Source: an uncultured Candidatus Binatia bacterium
GTDB taxonomy: Bacteria > Desulfobacterota > Binatia > Bin18
Length of the DNA stretch: 64,000 nucleotides
Reading direction: 5' to 3'
Assembly: GCA_965214605.1 (NCBI GenBank)
Contig: OZ243961.1
Location: forward strand, 1,376,001 to 1,440,000
Shown here: one piece after another, positions 19,916-30,035 of the stretch
How the letters are laid out: the number at the start of each line of letters is the position of its first letter
How positions within the stretch are numbered: the stretch's first letter is position 1
Made by a program: the position numbers and the translations under genes
Notes under the pieces: model-generated
What the model saw: only the letters and a program-made list of their open reading frames with translations
Databases searched by the model: none
Told to the model about the DNA's origin: nothing

Positions 19916-22018
19916 ATGTATAAAAAAATAGAAATGGAATTTTATGGGCGACCGCTGTCTATTGAGACCGGTCGCTGGGCCAAACAAGCCAGTGGTGCGG
20001 CAGTGGTATCCTACGGTGAAACCGTTATGCTGGTCACTGCCGTCGCCTCTACATCCGTCCGGGAGGGAGCCGATTTCTTCCCCCTGACCGTCGATTACCA
20101 AGAACGAACTTATGCGGCCGGTAAGATTCCGGGCGGCTTTATCAAACGCGAAGGTCGCCCTGCCGACCGAGAGATCCTGATCTCTCGGTTAACAGACCGG
20201 GCCATCCGTCCTTTATTTCCGAAAGAATTCAGGTGTGAAACTCAGCTGGTTGCATCCGTCTTATCGGTCGATCGTGAAAACGATGCCGATACCCTCTCCC
20301 TAATTGGTGCCTCAGCGGCGTTACATGTCTCAGACATCCCGTTTCGGGGCCCTATTGCTGGTGTTCGTATCGGGCGTCTGCATGGGAGGCTGGTGGTCAA
20401 CCCGACTCTCAGCCAGATCGAAGAGAGCGATATTAATCTGTTTGTCGCGGCTGGCCGCGACGCGATCATCATGGTCGAGGGTGGCGCCCGTGCCGTCCCA
20501 GAAGAGGACATGCTCGAAGCCCTCTTCTTAGCCCAAAGTGCTGTGGCTCCGGTCCTTGATGTCCAGGACGAACTGGCCCGTGTGGCCGGCAAGCCAAAAC
20601 GCAGCCTTGAGGTGGTCGTGCCCGATACCGGCCTGATCGACCGGGTTACCGAAGTGGCCACCCCAAAGCTTGAAAAGGCGCTGTTTATCCCGGCCAAACA
20701 TCAGCGCGGTGATGCAATTCACACGGCCGGAAGCGAGGTCTGGACCGCCCTGGCAGATGAGTATGCAGACCGAGAAAAGGATGTTGCCGAGGCGTTTGAA
20801 GACCTGACCAGCTCACTGCTGCGTACGGCGGTCGTCCGGGATAACCGCCGTGTAGACGGGCGTAGCCCGGCCGATATCCGTCCCATCACGTGCGAGGTTG
20901 GCGTACTCCCGCGCACGCATGGCTCGGCCGTATTCACCCGTGGCGAAACTCAAGCCCTGGTTGTTGCGACTCTGGGGACGGCCTCAGATGAACAACGGGT
21001 CGACAGTCTAACCGGTGAACATGCAAAACGCTTCATGCTGCACTACAATTTTCCGCCCTTCAGCGTGGGCGAGGTCCGCCCCATGCGCAATCCGGGTCGG
21101 CGTGAGATTGGCCACGGAACGCTGGCCGAACGTGCCCTGTCCGCGGTCCAGCCGACAGCAGCCACATTTCCCTATACCATCCGTGTTGTGTCAGAAATCC
21201 TTGAATCGAACGGTTCGTCTTCTATGGCCAGCGTGTGCGGTGGTACCTTGGCGCTGATGGACGCCGGTGTACCCATCACCTCCCCAGTTGCCGGCATTGC
21301 GATGGGCTTGATCAAGGAGGGCGAGGAGGTGCGCATCCTGAGCGATATCCTAGGCGATGAAGACCATCTAGGTGACATGGACTTCAAGGTCACCGGGACA
21401 ACCGAAGGGATTACTGCCCTTCAGATGGATATCAAGATCTCAGGCGTCACGCGTGAGATCATGCGCCAGGCCCTGTATCAGGCTCGAGAAGGCCGCCTCC
21501 ATATCCTGACCGAAATGGTCCGCGCCCTCCAAGCGCCCCGGACAACAGTGGCCGCCTCTGCCCCACGCATCCATACTATCAAGATCAACCCAGATAAAAT
21601 CCGCGACATTATCGGCCCAGGCGGCAAGACGATTCGCTCAATTGTTGAGGAAACCGGAGCCAAGATTGATGTGGAAGACGGCGGCACGGTATACATCGCC
21701 TCGCCCGATACCGAGTCTTTAGAAAAAGCTTTGTCCAAGATTGAACGGATCACGGCAGAAGCTGAGATCGGGCAGGTGTATAATGGCCTCGTCAAGAAAG
21801 TCGTTGATTTCGGAGCATTTGTAGAGATCTTACCCGGCCGAGAGGGCCTAGTTCATATCTCTCAACTCAGCGACGAGCGGGTGCGACGGGTCACCGACGT
21901 GGTCCAGGAAGGCGATGAAATCCCGGTCAAAGTCCTCGAAATTGATCGCCAGGGAAAAATCCGGCTCAGCCACAAAGATGCACTCGACGAACAGCAAAGG
22001 GCGGGCGGGAACAGCTAG
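19916..22018 (+). CDS. pnp: Polyribonucleotide nucleotidyltransferase
   Basis: [42 protein letters not shown] and S1 domains. Confidence 0.99.
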   Translation: MYKKIEMEFYGRPLSIETGRWAKQASGAAVVSYGETVMLVTAVASTSVREGADFFPLTVDYQERTYAAGKIPGGFIKREGRPADREILISRLTDRAIRPLFPKEFRCETQLVASVLSVDRENDADTLSLIGASAALHVSDIPFRGPIAGVRIGRLHGRLVVNPTLSQIEESDINLFVAAGRDAIIMVEGGARAVPEEDMLEALFLAQSAVAPVLDVQDELARVAGKPKRSLEVVVPDTGLIDRVTEVATPKLEKALFIPAKHQRGDAIHTAGSEVWTALADEYADREKDVAEAFEDLTSSLLRTAVVRDNRRVDGRSPADIRPITCEVGVLPRTHGSAVFTRGETQALVVATLGTASDEQRVDSLTGEHAKRFMLHYNFPPFSVGEVRPMRNPGRREIGHGTLAERALSAVQPTAATFPYTIRVVSEILESNGSSSMASVCGGTLALMDAGVPITSPVAGIAMGLIKEGEEVRILSDILGDEDHLGDMDFKVTGTTEGITALQMDIKISGVTREIMRQALYQAREGRLHILTEMVRALQAPRTTVAASAPRIHTIKINPDKIRDIIGPGGKTIRSIVEETGAKIDVEDGGTVYIASPDTESLEKALSKIERITAEAEIGQVYNGLVKKVVDFGAFVEILPGREGLVHISQLSDERVRRVTDVVQEGDEIPVKVLEIDRQGKIRLSHKDALDEQQRAGGNS

Positions 22019-23275
22019 ATGGTCCATCGTACGGTTCTCGACAATGGGCTACGCCTGCTGTCCCAAGAAGTCAAAGACATGCCCACTGTGACCGTGGGCG
22101 TGTGGGTTGAGAGCGGATCGCGCGATGAATCGTACCACCATAACGGGATATTCCACTTCCTAGAGCACCTCTTCTTTAAAGGCACGGCACGGCGTACCGC
22201 CTCCCAGATTGCCCAGGAAATCGATGCGGTCGGTGGTACGATCGACGCCTTTACCGGCAAAGAGTATACCTGCTACTACACACGTACCCTCAGCGAACAC
22301 CTACCGCGGGCTCTTGATCTGCTGACCGATATCCTCCTCCACTCGATCTTTCCGGACGAAGAGATTGAACACGAACGCTCGGTTATCTGCCAAGAGATTG
22401 CGCAGAGCGAAGATCAACCGGACGAGTTGATTGGTGATCTGTTTCATCTTGACTTCTGGCCCGATCATCCCCTGAGTTGGCCGATCACCGGCACGGTGGA
22501 TTCGGTCTCGCGGCTGCGGCGGGATGATTTGTTGAGCTACCGTCAACGCCACTACTGCCCTCAGCGCGTCTTTGTCAGCATGGCCGGCGGAGCTTCCCAT
22601 ATGACGCTGCTCGAAACGGTTGGACCGGCCCTGTCGAGCATGACGGGGACAGCCGACGCCCGCCATGACACTCCGCCCGTCACCCGTCCCGGGGTCTCAA
22701 TCCACCCGCGTGAGCTTGAACAAACGCATCTCAGCCTAGGCGTACCGTGTGTCTCACAGACCGCCTCTGCGTGGTATGCAGCCCACCTCCTCAACAACGT
22801 CCTAGGTGGCGGGATTAGCTCCCGCCTGTTTCAAGAAATTCGAGAGAAGCGCGGTCTAGTCTACGACATCAACTCGTTTCTGTTCTCAGGCCGAGACGCG
22901 GGCTATCTGGGAATCTATCTGTCTACGAGCCCTCACTCTGTCCCCGAGGCTCTGTGCTTGACCTGCAAAAGCCTGACCGATATTGCGCAGTCTGGAATCT
23001 TCGCCGAAGAGTTACAACGCGCCAAAAGTCAGACCAAAGGCAATCTGTTGCTCGACCTCGAAACGAGCGAAGCCTGGATGTACCGGGTGGCGCGGTGCGA
23101 AATGTGTTTTCAGCGCGATATGCCGATTGCCGAGGTCTTAGAAGACATAGAACGCGTCAGCCTCGAAGACGTGCAGACTTTGGCTGCCGAGTGTTTTCAG
23201 CCCAACAATCTGACCCTGACCCTGTTGGGTAAACCGCCTTCAGTGAGCGATTATCAGACGCTGATCAGCCTCTAA
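22019..23275 (+). CDS. M16 family Zn peptidase
   Basis: HFLEH (HxxEH), SSRLFQEIREKRGLVY. Conserved position after pnp. Confidence 0.93.
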   Translation: MVHRTVLDNGLRLLSQEVKDMPTVTVGVWVESGSRDESYHHNGIFHFLEHLFFKGTARRTASQIAQEIDAVGGTIDAFTGKEYTCYYTRTLSEHLPRALDLLTDILLHSIFPDEEIEHERSVICQEIAQSEDQPDELIGDLFHLDFWPDHPLSWPITGTVDSVSRLRRDDLLSYRQRHYCPQRVFVSMAGGASHMTLLETVGPALSSMTGTADARHDTPPVTRPGVSIHPRELEQTHLSLGVPCVSQTASAWYAAHLLNNVLGGGISSRLFQEIREKRGLVYDINSFLFSGRDAGYLGIYLSTSPHSVPEALCLTCKSLTDIAQSGIFAEELQRAKSQTKGNLLLDLETSEAWMYRVARCEMCFQRDMPIAEVLEDIERVSLEDVQTLAAECFQPNNLTLTLLGKPPSVSDYQTLISL

Positions 23276-23290
23276 TGTGGTAGGCCTGCG

Positions 23291-23743
23291 ATGAGCAAGA
23301 CCGTACGTGTCTCTATTACCCGCCTTCGTCACCAGCCCGATCCCCTACCTCTACCCCGCTATATGACGGCGGGTGCCGCAGGCATGGACCTCTACGCCGA
23401 TCCTCCAACCGACATCAGCCTGGCCCCGCTGGAGCGCTCCTTGATCCCAACCGGTTTTGCCCTGGCTCTGCCCAGCGGCTACGAAGCGCAGGTCCGGCCG
23501 CGCAGCGGCTTGGCTCTGCGTTCTGGTCTGACGGTCCTGAACACTCCCGGCACGATTGACGCCGACTATCGCAACGAGGTCAAAATCCTGGTCATCAATC
23601 TGAGCCAGCAGCCGGTCCACATCAAGCGCGGCGAGCGCATCGCCCAACTCGTTGTCGCTCCGGTGGCACGGGTTGATTGGCACGAAGTTGAAGAGCTCGC
23701 CACCAACGACCGGCGCGGCGGCTTTGGTCATACCGACCAGTAG
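23291..23743 (+). CDS. dut: dUTP diphosphatase
   Basis: AAGMDL, RPRSGLA, GTIDADYR, RIAQL, RGGFGHT. Confidence 0.97.
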   Translation: MSKTVRVSITRLRHQPDPLPLPRYMTAGAAGMDLYADPPTDISLAPLERSLIPTGFALALPSGYEAQVRPRSGLALRSGLTVLNTPGTIDADYRNEVKILVINLSQQPVHIKRGERIAQLVVAPVARVDWHEVEELATNDRRGGFGHTDQ

Positions 23744-23849
23744 CGTTTTTCCAGCTTCAACGGATCATCCCTTCGCTATGCAGCGGGTTCCTATTGAAGA
23801 TTTCCGAGTCGCCACAACCCACAAGACCGCGCGTCGACAGGTCTCGCAG

Positions 23850-23938
23850 GTTGGGTCCGTAGCTGCCCGGACAGCAGGTTGTCGGGCAAGTCCCCGCACC
23901 CACCCCTTGAGTTGGGTCCGTAGCTGCCCGGACAGCAG
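23850..23938. repeat. Two perfect 28-bp direct repeats separated by 33 bp (CRISPR-like mini-array, no cas genes)
   Basis: GTTGGGTCCGTAGCTGCCCGGACAGCAG at 23850-23877 and 23911-23938, with an internal GTCCG/CGGAC hairpin. The repeat itself is certain. The CRISPR interpretation is not. Confidence 0.85.
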
Positions 23939-24228
23939 TGTCCAAGCGCTGGTAGAGAGTGAGAAAATTCCCCTGGACGACGGTCAGCTGGTGTTCGGGG
24001 TAGGCTGCCGGGTGCGCTTATCACAGATATCAAGGTGGAGGAGTAGGAAGCGAGTAGAGAGTTTGTCCATTTTGTGGTCAGCTATGAAGACCCGCATTCT
24101 TGACCCTGCCTGTTGCCTCTGTCCGCCATTAGTGCACAAATGGGGTTATCCTTACCGTTGAGATCAACATGATGAGGATGAAGCACATTTGACCCCCTGG
24201 GTGACAACTCAGTATAAGGAGGCGAGAT

Positions 24229-25020
24229 ATGGGACGACTCGACGGAAAAGTGGCGTTCATTACCGGTGCAGGCTCCGGCATTGCGCGGGCGGCCTCACAG
24301 ATTTTTACCCGGGAAGGTGCGAAGGTTGTTATTGCTGAACTCCAGCCCGAGTTGGGCCGGGCGGCCGAAGAGCTCGTCAGAGAGGGGGGTGGTGAAGCGC
24401 TCTTTGTGGAAACCGACGTCACCAAGGAAGACAGCGTAAAGAACGCGATCGACACAACAATTGAGGTGTACGGCAAGCTTGACGTGCTGTATAACAGCGC
24501 CGGCGGCTCGATTGTTGAAGACGGCAAAGTCACCGAGGTCGATATGTCGGTCTGGAACCACACTATCTCGCTCGATCTGCTCGGTACATTCCTGTGCTGC
24601 CGTCACGCTATTCCCAAACTCGTTGAAAACGGTGGCGGTTCGATCATCAACATGTCATCCGTTGTTGCCCTGCGCGGCTCATTTCCCATCCACATCTATA
24701 CCTCGGCCAAGGGCGGTATCATTGCTTTTACCCGGGTTCTGGCCGGGACCTATGCCAGAAACAACATCCGTGCCAACGCAATTTGCCCCGGGGTGATTAT
24801 GACCGATCGGGTCAAGCAACGGTTTGGCGAGAGCCTAGATATCCCTCCCCCCAACGCCCAGGCATCCGCTATTAACCTCAAAGCCCAAATAGAAAAATAT
24901 CCGTTCTCGGTCGGCGAGCCGGAAGACATCGCCCATATTGCTCTGTTCCTAGCCGCGGACGAGTCGCGCATGGTCAACGGCGTTGCGATTCCCGGCGATG
25001 GTGGTTTGTCAGCCTATTGA
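24229..25020 (+). CDS. Classical SDR oxidoreductase
   Basis: TGAGSGIA, NSAG, YTSAK, IRANAICPG. RBS TAAGGAGG. Confidence 0.95.
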   Translation: MGRLDGKVAFITGAGSGIARAASQIFTREGAKVVIAELQPELGRAAEELVREGGGEALFVETDVTKEDSVKNAIDTTIEVYGKLDVLYNSAGGSIVEDGKVTEVDMSVWNHTISLDLLGTFLCCRHAIPKLVENGGGSIINMSSVVALRGSFPIHIYTSAKGGIIAFTRVLAGTYARNNIRANAICPGVIMTDRVKQRFGESLDIPPPNAQASAINLKAQIEKYPFSVGEPEDIAHIALFLAADESRMVNGVAIPGDGGLSAY

Positions 25021-25067
25021 ACCCTCCTCTAGCCGGAGAGGACACCCTTCACATAACGGAGCGTGTG

Positions 25068-26231
25068 ATGCAAAAAGAGCCGTTTACGATTGCTGTTGCC
25101 GAAGAGACCCTGACCGACCTGCGTGAACGCCTGAGCCGGGTACGCTGGCCGCACGATTTTAATAATGCAGATTGGGCATACGGCACGAACAAAGCCTACC
25201 TGATGGAGTTGGTCGAGTACTGGCTAGACAGATACGATTGGCGCACCACCGAACGCGAGATCAACGCCTTTGCCAATTACAAGACCACAATCGAAGACGT
25301 TCCCATCCACTTCATTCATGAGCCGGGCAAAGGTCCCAATCCTCTACCGCTGATCCTGACCCACGGCTGGCCGTGGACGTTTTGGGATCTCAAACACATC
25401 ATCCGGCCGTTGTCTGATCCCGCTTCGTTTGGCGGTGACCCTCAGGATGCCTTTGATGTGATCGTTCCGTCGCTGCCCGGCTTTGGGTTTTCCTCCCCCC
25501 TAACAACCCCGGGAATTAACTTTGTCCGTACTGCGGACCTGTGGCTCAGGCTGATGCAGGAGGTGCTGGGGTATCAAAAATTCGGAGCTCAGGGCGGGGA
25601 CTGGGGAGCACTGGTGACCATGCAGCTGGGTCATAAGTACGCCCAACATCTGATCGGCACGCATATCAATCTCGCGATTCCATTAGGCTTTTTTTCTGGT
25701 GAACAGGTCGATCTCCAGGACTACGGTCCGGACGAGGAGGGTTGGTATGATCGCATGCAAACCCGCATGCAGGGCGCGACTAGCCACGTGGTGGTGCAAA
25801 CCACCGACCCGCAAACCCTGGCCTATGGCATGCATGACTCACCGGTTGCGCTGTGCGCATGGATTCTAGAACGACGACGTAACTGGAGTGATTGCGGAGG
25901 CGAGGTTGAGCGGCGGTTTTCAAAGGACGATCTGCTGAACACGATGATGATCTACTGGGTGACCGAGACTTTTGTCACCTCGGCGCGCTACTATTACGAG
26001 GCCAAGCACCATCTGTGGACCCCGTCACACGACCGCACTCCAGTGGTGGAGTCACCAACCGGGATTGCCGTTTTTCCCCAGGAACTGGCGCTCATGCCGC
26101 GCCGCTGGGCCGAGCGCTACTACAACCTCGCCCACTGGTCGCTGATGACCGCCGGTGGACACTTTGCCCACGCCGAAGAACCACAGCAGCTCACAGAGGA
26201 TATCCGCACCTTCTTTCGGGCTTTACGCTAG
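25068..26231 (+). CDS. Microsomal-type epoxide hydrolase (EHN + alpha/beta hydrolase)
   Basis: HGWP oxyanion motif, PSLPGFGFS, GGDWG nucleophile, GGHFAH. Confidence 0.93.
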   Translation: MQKEPFTIAVAEETLTDLRERLSRVRWPHDFNNADWAYGTNKAYLMELVEYWLDRYDWRTTEREINAFANYKTTIEDVPIHFIHEPGKGPNPLPLILTHGWPWTFWDLKHIIRPLSDPASFGGDPQDAFDVIVPSLPGFGFSSPLTTPGINFVRTADLWLRLMQEVLGYQKFGAQGGDWGALVTMQLGHKYAQHLIGTHINLAIPLGFFSGEQVDLQDYGPDEEGWYDRMQTRMQGATSHVVVQTTDPQTLAYGMHDSPVALCAWILERRRNWSDCGGEVERRFSKDDLLNTMMIYWVTETFVTSARYYYEAKHHLWTPSHDRTPVVESPTGIAVFPQELALMPRRWAERYYNLAHWSLMTAGGHFAHAEEPQQLTEDIRTFFRALR

Positions 26232-26419
26232 CAACGCAGTAAGGACGCAAGCCTGCCTGGCTCCTTACACCCTTACGTTGTAGAGACGAACGGCGTTTCT
26301 GCCCATCACCTTCTGGATATCCTCCTCAGGCATATCCCTGAAGCCCCCATCGAAACTCACGCGAGTGGGGCGAGATCGGGTCGGCTGGTGTGCGGATAAT
26401 CCACCGATTTCATCATACG

Positions 26420-27050
26420 CTCGGCTCCAAACAGCTGACAGATAAAATCAGCCATGGCCTGCTCGAACTGAAAGGTCGCAACCACGTTACATTGTATTCA
26501 CTCGGCAACATGGAGAGATTCACCCCTTCAGAAGCGCTCATAAGCGGGAGCCGATAGAGAATGTGCGGAATCCAGAAAACGTCGTTCCCGGCCGACGGCT
26601 GCAACATCCCGCAGCAAGTCGAGGATATGGCCCCACATCGCAACCAGCATGACACGGGACCCAATCCGCACCCATTGATGGTTTCGTCCGCCAGAATCCA
26701 GCAGCACCGCTGCTTCAACTCGCTCCAGACGGCGATCCTGCACGATGAAGAGAAGCGCAGAGTCCCTGAGTCACGTCTCAGGATAGTCTACCCGATTGGT
26801 CAATCCAGCTCAGAACTTGTTCTTGACGAAGACTCAAGTAGCTCTATCCGTATCGTCGATGGTGATATCGGACCTCATGTCGCTATGCCTAGGCCCGCCC
26901 ACGGTGCACCTGGGTGCGAACTTGGAGAGAAAAACCCGGGACAGAGACGAGGGCCCGAACAATGTCCAACGAGGGACATAGAATAGAGGCGAGCCTTCTG
27001 ATCGCGTGCGGTGGGAACGTCATTGCCCACGCCGTGCGTCAACAGGCTCA
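26420..27050 (-). pseudogene. Degraded PD-(D/E)XK nuclease-like gene
   Basis: Minus frame from 26878 reads MRSDITIDDTDRAT*VFVKNKF*AGLTNRVDYPET*LRDSALLFIV, resembling the PD...ENKFWAGLT pattern but with three in-frame stops. Boundaries approximate. Confidence 0.5.
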
Positions 27051-27091
27051 TCACTCTCTTCTCCTTTCTCGTCTTGCCATTACGGATAAAC

Positions 27092-28486
27092 TCATGACTC
27101 CTCGACCTCAGTGCCACCTACACTTTCATCCGACCAAATCTTGCCCGGATTCAGAATCTGTTTTGGATCGAACACCTGCTTGATCCTCTTCATCAGTTCA
27201 ACGCTCGGGCCATGTTCTTGGGCGACATACTTCTGACTCCCCAAACCGATACCGTGCTCACCCGAGGCTGTCCCGCCGACCGACAGGACGAACGCCACGA
27301 TGTCATCCTTTGCCCGCTGGGCGGCTGCCCAGCTTTTGGCATCAGCTGCGTCCTCACGCAGTAAGGCGTGCAAAATACCGAGCCCGGCATGGCCAAAGGT
27401 ATGCAGCACGACTCCGTGTTGCTCGGCAATGGCATAGCTCTGCTCTACCACCTCGGGTAAACGTGAGATAGGAAATCCCATATCGGTTCGGATCGTTTTG
27501 CCTTGAGGTTTCAGGGCTTGAATCGCCCGGGTGGTGAAATGGCGCACTTCCCATGGATTGCGTCCGTCAGGCAGGACGATCAAGCGTCCGCCCTGCTCTT
27601 CACACAGCGCTTGGGCGGTCTCAAAAACGACATCAACCGAGTCTAGTGAACCGTGGACCTCAAGAAACAGCGACGGCTGCTCCTCCAAACCAAACCCTCG
27701 GTAGCGGTTGAGAGAGACAATGGAGCGTCGATCAAGAAATTCGACCGCGGCGAGATCAACGCCGTAGCGCATCATCGTCGCAATAGCAGTCGCGGCGTCT
27801 TTCTCGGTCGGAAATGTTAGGGCGCCCTGTTTTCGGCCCTGCGGAAGTCCGGCCAAGGAGAGCGTCAGCTCGGTGGCAATGGCCAGTGTTCCTTCTGAAC
27901 CAACGACCAGGCCTAGCAGGTGATAGCCGGAGGACGTTTTGCGGCACCGAGTGCCAAGCTCCAGAACTTGTCCAGTCCCGGTGACAACTGTGGCAGCCTT
28001 CACATGCTCCCGTGTACCTCCGTATTTGACCGAATAGATACCGCTGGCATTGTTGGCGACCATACCGCCAATTGTCGCGACATCCGAGCTGCCACCAGGC
28101 GACGGCGGGAAAAAAAGCCCCCACGGTTTGAGCTGTTCATTCAGCTGGTTATAGACAACGCCGGGCTGGACACTGACCTGTAAATCTTCCTGATGGACCT
28201 CGATAACCGCGTCCATGCGCGATAGGTCGAGCACAATCCCGCCTTGCACCGGAATCGGATTGCCCTCTAGACTTGAACCCGCCCCACGAGCGGTAATCGG
28301 GACCTCGTGGGTCCAGGCATAGCCGACCACGTGGCTGACCTCCTCGGTGGACAGCGGCCAGGCGACCACATCGGGTCTGACCGGCTGACAGGCTGATTCA
28401 TCCCCAGCAGCGACATCTAGATCGACAACCCGTGTCGAGATACGCTGGGCAGGCAGGAAAGCACTTAGCGCCTTGGCGAGAGACAT
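27092..28486 (-). CDS. FAD-linked oxidase (GlcD/D-lactate dehydrogenase family)
   Basis: RGAGSSLEG, ATIGGMVANNASG, GSEGTL, GHAGLGILH, SGEHGIG, DPKQILNPGK. ATG 28486 follows AAGGAGG. Confidence 0.93.
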   Translation of the reverse strand: MSLAKALSAFLPAQRISTRVVDLDVAAGDESACQPVRPDVVAWPLSTEEVSHVVGYAWTHEVPITARGAGSSLEGNPIPVQGGIVLDLSRMDAVIEVHQEDLQVSVQPGVVYNQLNEQLKPWGLFFPPSPGGSSDVATIGGMVANNASGIYSVKYGGTREHVKAATVVTGTGQVLELGTRCRKTSSGYHLLGLVVGSEGTLAIATELTLSLAGLPQGRKQGALTFPTEKDAATAIATMMRYGVDLAAVEFLDRRSIVSLNRYRGFGLEEQPSLFLEVHGSLDSVDVVFETAQALCEEQGGRLIVLPDGRNPWEVRHFTTRAIQALKPQGKTIRTDMGFPISRLPEVVEQSYAIAEQHGVVLHTFGHAGLGILHALLREDAADAKSWAAAQRAKDDIVAFVLSVGGTASGEHGIGLGSQKYVAQEHGPSVELMKRIKQVFDPKQILNPGKIWSDESVGGTEVEES

Positions 28487-28625
28487 ACAACCCTCCTTGG
28501 ACAAAGATAACACGTAGGGGGGTCTACCGCCGCGGTCGCTGCAATTGCATAAGCCGCAGATAAAGCGCACAATACAGAGATCTACCCCACAGCTGCACAA
28601 TACCCGATTTGCTCGCCCTTAGACT

Positions 28626-29384
28626 ATGCTCAGCGCAATTTTCTTTGATTTTGACGGAACGCTGGCCGATGACGGAGACTCGATTGGTGAAGCGCTTGAT
28701 TACGCCTGTACAGCCGTCCGCCAGCATTGGCCCGACATTCCTACCCCAGACCTCATCGAGACCTACCGCCATACCTCAGAAACGGCCTGGGGCGACTATG
28801 ACCGCCACCTCCGCCACCTCTCCTCGCCCGAAACCATGCTCATGGCGGTCTGGCAAAAAGTCTTGGGTAAATGGGGCTACCATGACCCTGCGGTGGAGCG
28901 TAAGGCCGCCACCCTGTACTGGCAACACCGCCTCCGTCACTGCCTCCCCTTTCCCGATGTTGTACCGGTGCTGTCTCGCCTAGGCCTGCACTTCCACCTC
29001 GGTCTCTTAACCAACGGCGCGCCGACCATGCAGCGCGCCAAAGTCAAAGCAAGTGGATTGGAGGCGTTTTTTCACACCATTTTTGTTGGCGGCGAGTTTA
29101 CACGCGGTAAACCACATCCAGCCATCTTTCAGGCGGCCCTTGAGGCGGCGGGCTGCCGACCTGAGCAGGCCGTGCATGTCGGCGATTCGCTGCTGCACGA
29201 TATTACCGGCGCCCAGGCCGTCGGCATTCACAACGTCTGGCTGAATCGCAAACGCCTTGCCCTCACCGCCCTGCCGGCCCGGATACGACACCAGCTTGGG
29301 AGTACCCGACCAGAGTATGAGATTTCCCGTCTGACGGAGCTGCAGCCGTGCATTGATAGGCTCATGGAAGTCGCCTCTGGCTAA
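28626..29384 (+). CDS. HAD-superfamily hydrolase (YjjG/YigB-like)
   Basis: FDFDGTL, LTNG, KPHPAIF, VGDSLLHDI. Confidence 0.93.
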   Translation: MLSAIFFDFDGTLADDGDSIGEALDYACTAVRQHWPDIPTPDLIETYRHTSETAWGDYDRHLRHLSSPETMLMAVWQKVLGKWGYHDPAVERKAATLYWQHRLRHCLPFPDVVPVLSRLGLHFHLGLLTNGAPTMQRAKVKASGLEAFFHTIFVGGEFTRGKPHPAIFQAALEAAGCRPEQAVHVGDSLLHDITGAQAVGIHNVWLNRKRLALTALPARIRHQLGSTRPEYEISRLTELQPCIDRLMEVASG

Positions 29385-29451
29385 AGCCCACAAACGCTCG
29401 GTCTTGTTTCGGAGCGGGCGGTTCGACTATGAAGATGTCTAAGAGAGTGCT

Positions 29452-30024
29452 ATGGATAAAAACGCCTACGATATTTTACTGTTCAATTACTACCGCGAGG
29501 CTGAGTTGCGGGGGGCTGATCTTATTCTGCGCTTAATCAACCGGATGGATGACCCCGGCTTGCAAGAGAAACTCTCCCGACATCTGGCCGACGAAACCAA
29601 CCACGCCTGGCTGTGGACCGAACGCATCCGAGCTTTGGGTGGCATTCCGGTCCGCATCGACAACGGCTATCATCGCCATTTACGCCGCAAAATCGGTCTG
29701 CCATCAAAGCTGCTCGACCTGCTCGCTCTGACCTATGTGGTTGAAGAGCGCTCCCGCAAGCGGTACGAAGAGCACGCCGCTCGGCCCGATGTGGACACAG
29801 CCACCCGCAAAGTCCTTGATGAGCTCCAGGACGATGAAAAACGTCACCTCAGCTGGGTGTCTGAAAAACTAGCCCAGATGGCGGAACACGAGGGCCAGGA
29901 CAAAGTCACGGCTGTTCTAGAGCGCTATCGGGCACTTGAAGAAGAGGTTTTTACAGAAATGTTGGCGGACGAGCGGCGAGCACTACAGAAGATTACGGAG
30001 CGCAAAGACTCACGCGCAGAGTAA
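29452..30024 (+). CDS. Ferritin-like di-iron protein
   Basis: Helical protein with two E...ExxH sets (EAE..DETNH, VEE..DEKRH). Confidence 0.8.
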   Translation: MDKNAYDILLFNYYREAELRGADLILRLINRMDDPGLQEKLSRHLADETNHAWLWTERIRALGGIPVRIDNGYHRHLRRKIGLPSKLLDLLALTYVVEERSRKRYEEHAARPDVDTATRKVLDELQDDEKRHLSWVSEKLAQMAEHEGQDKVTAVLERYRALEEEVFTEMLADERRALQKITERKDSRAE

Positions 30025-30035
30025 GGGCCGGGCGC

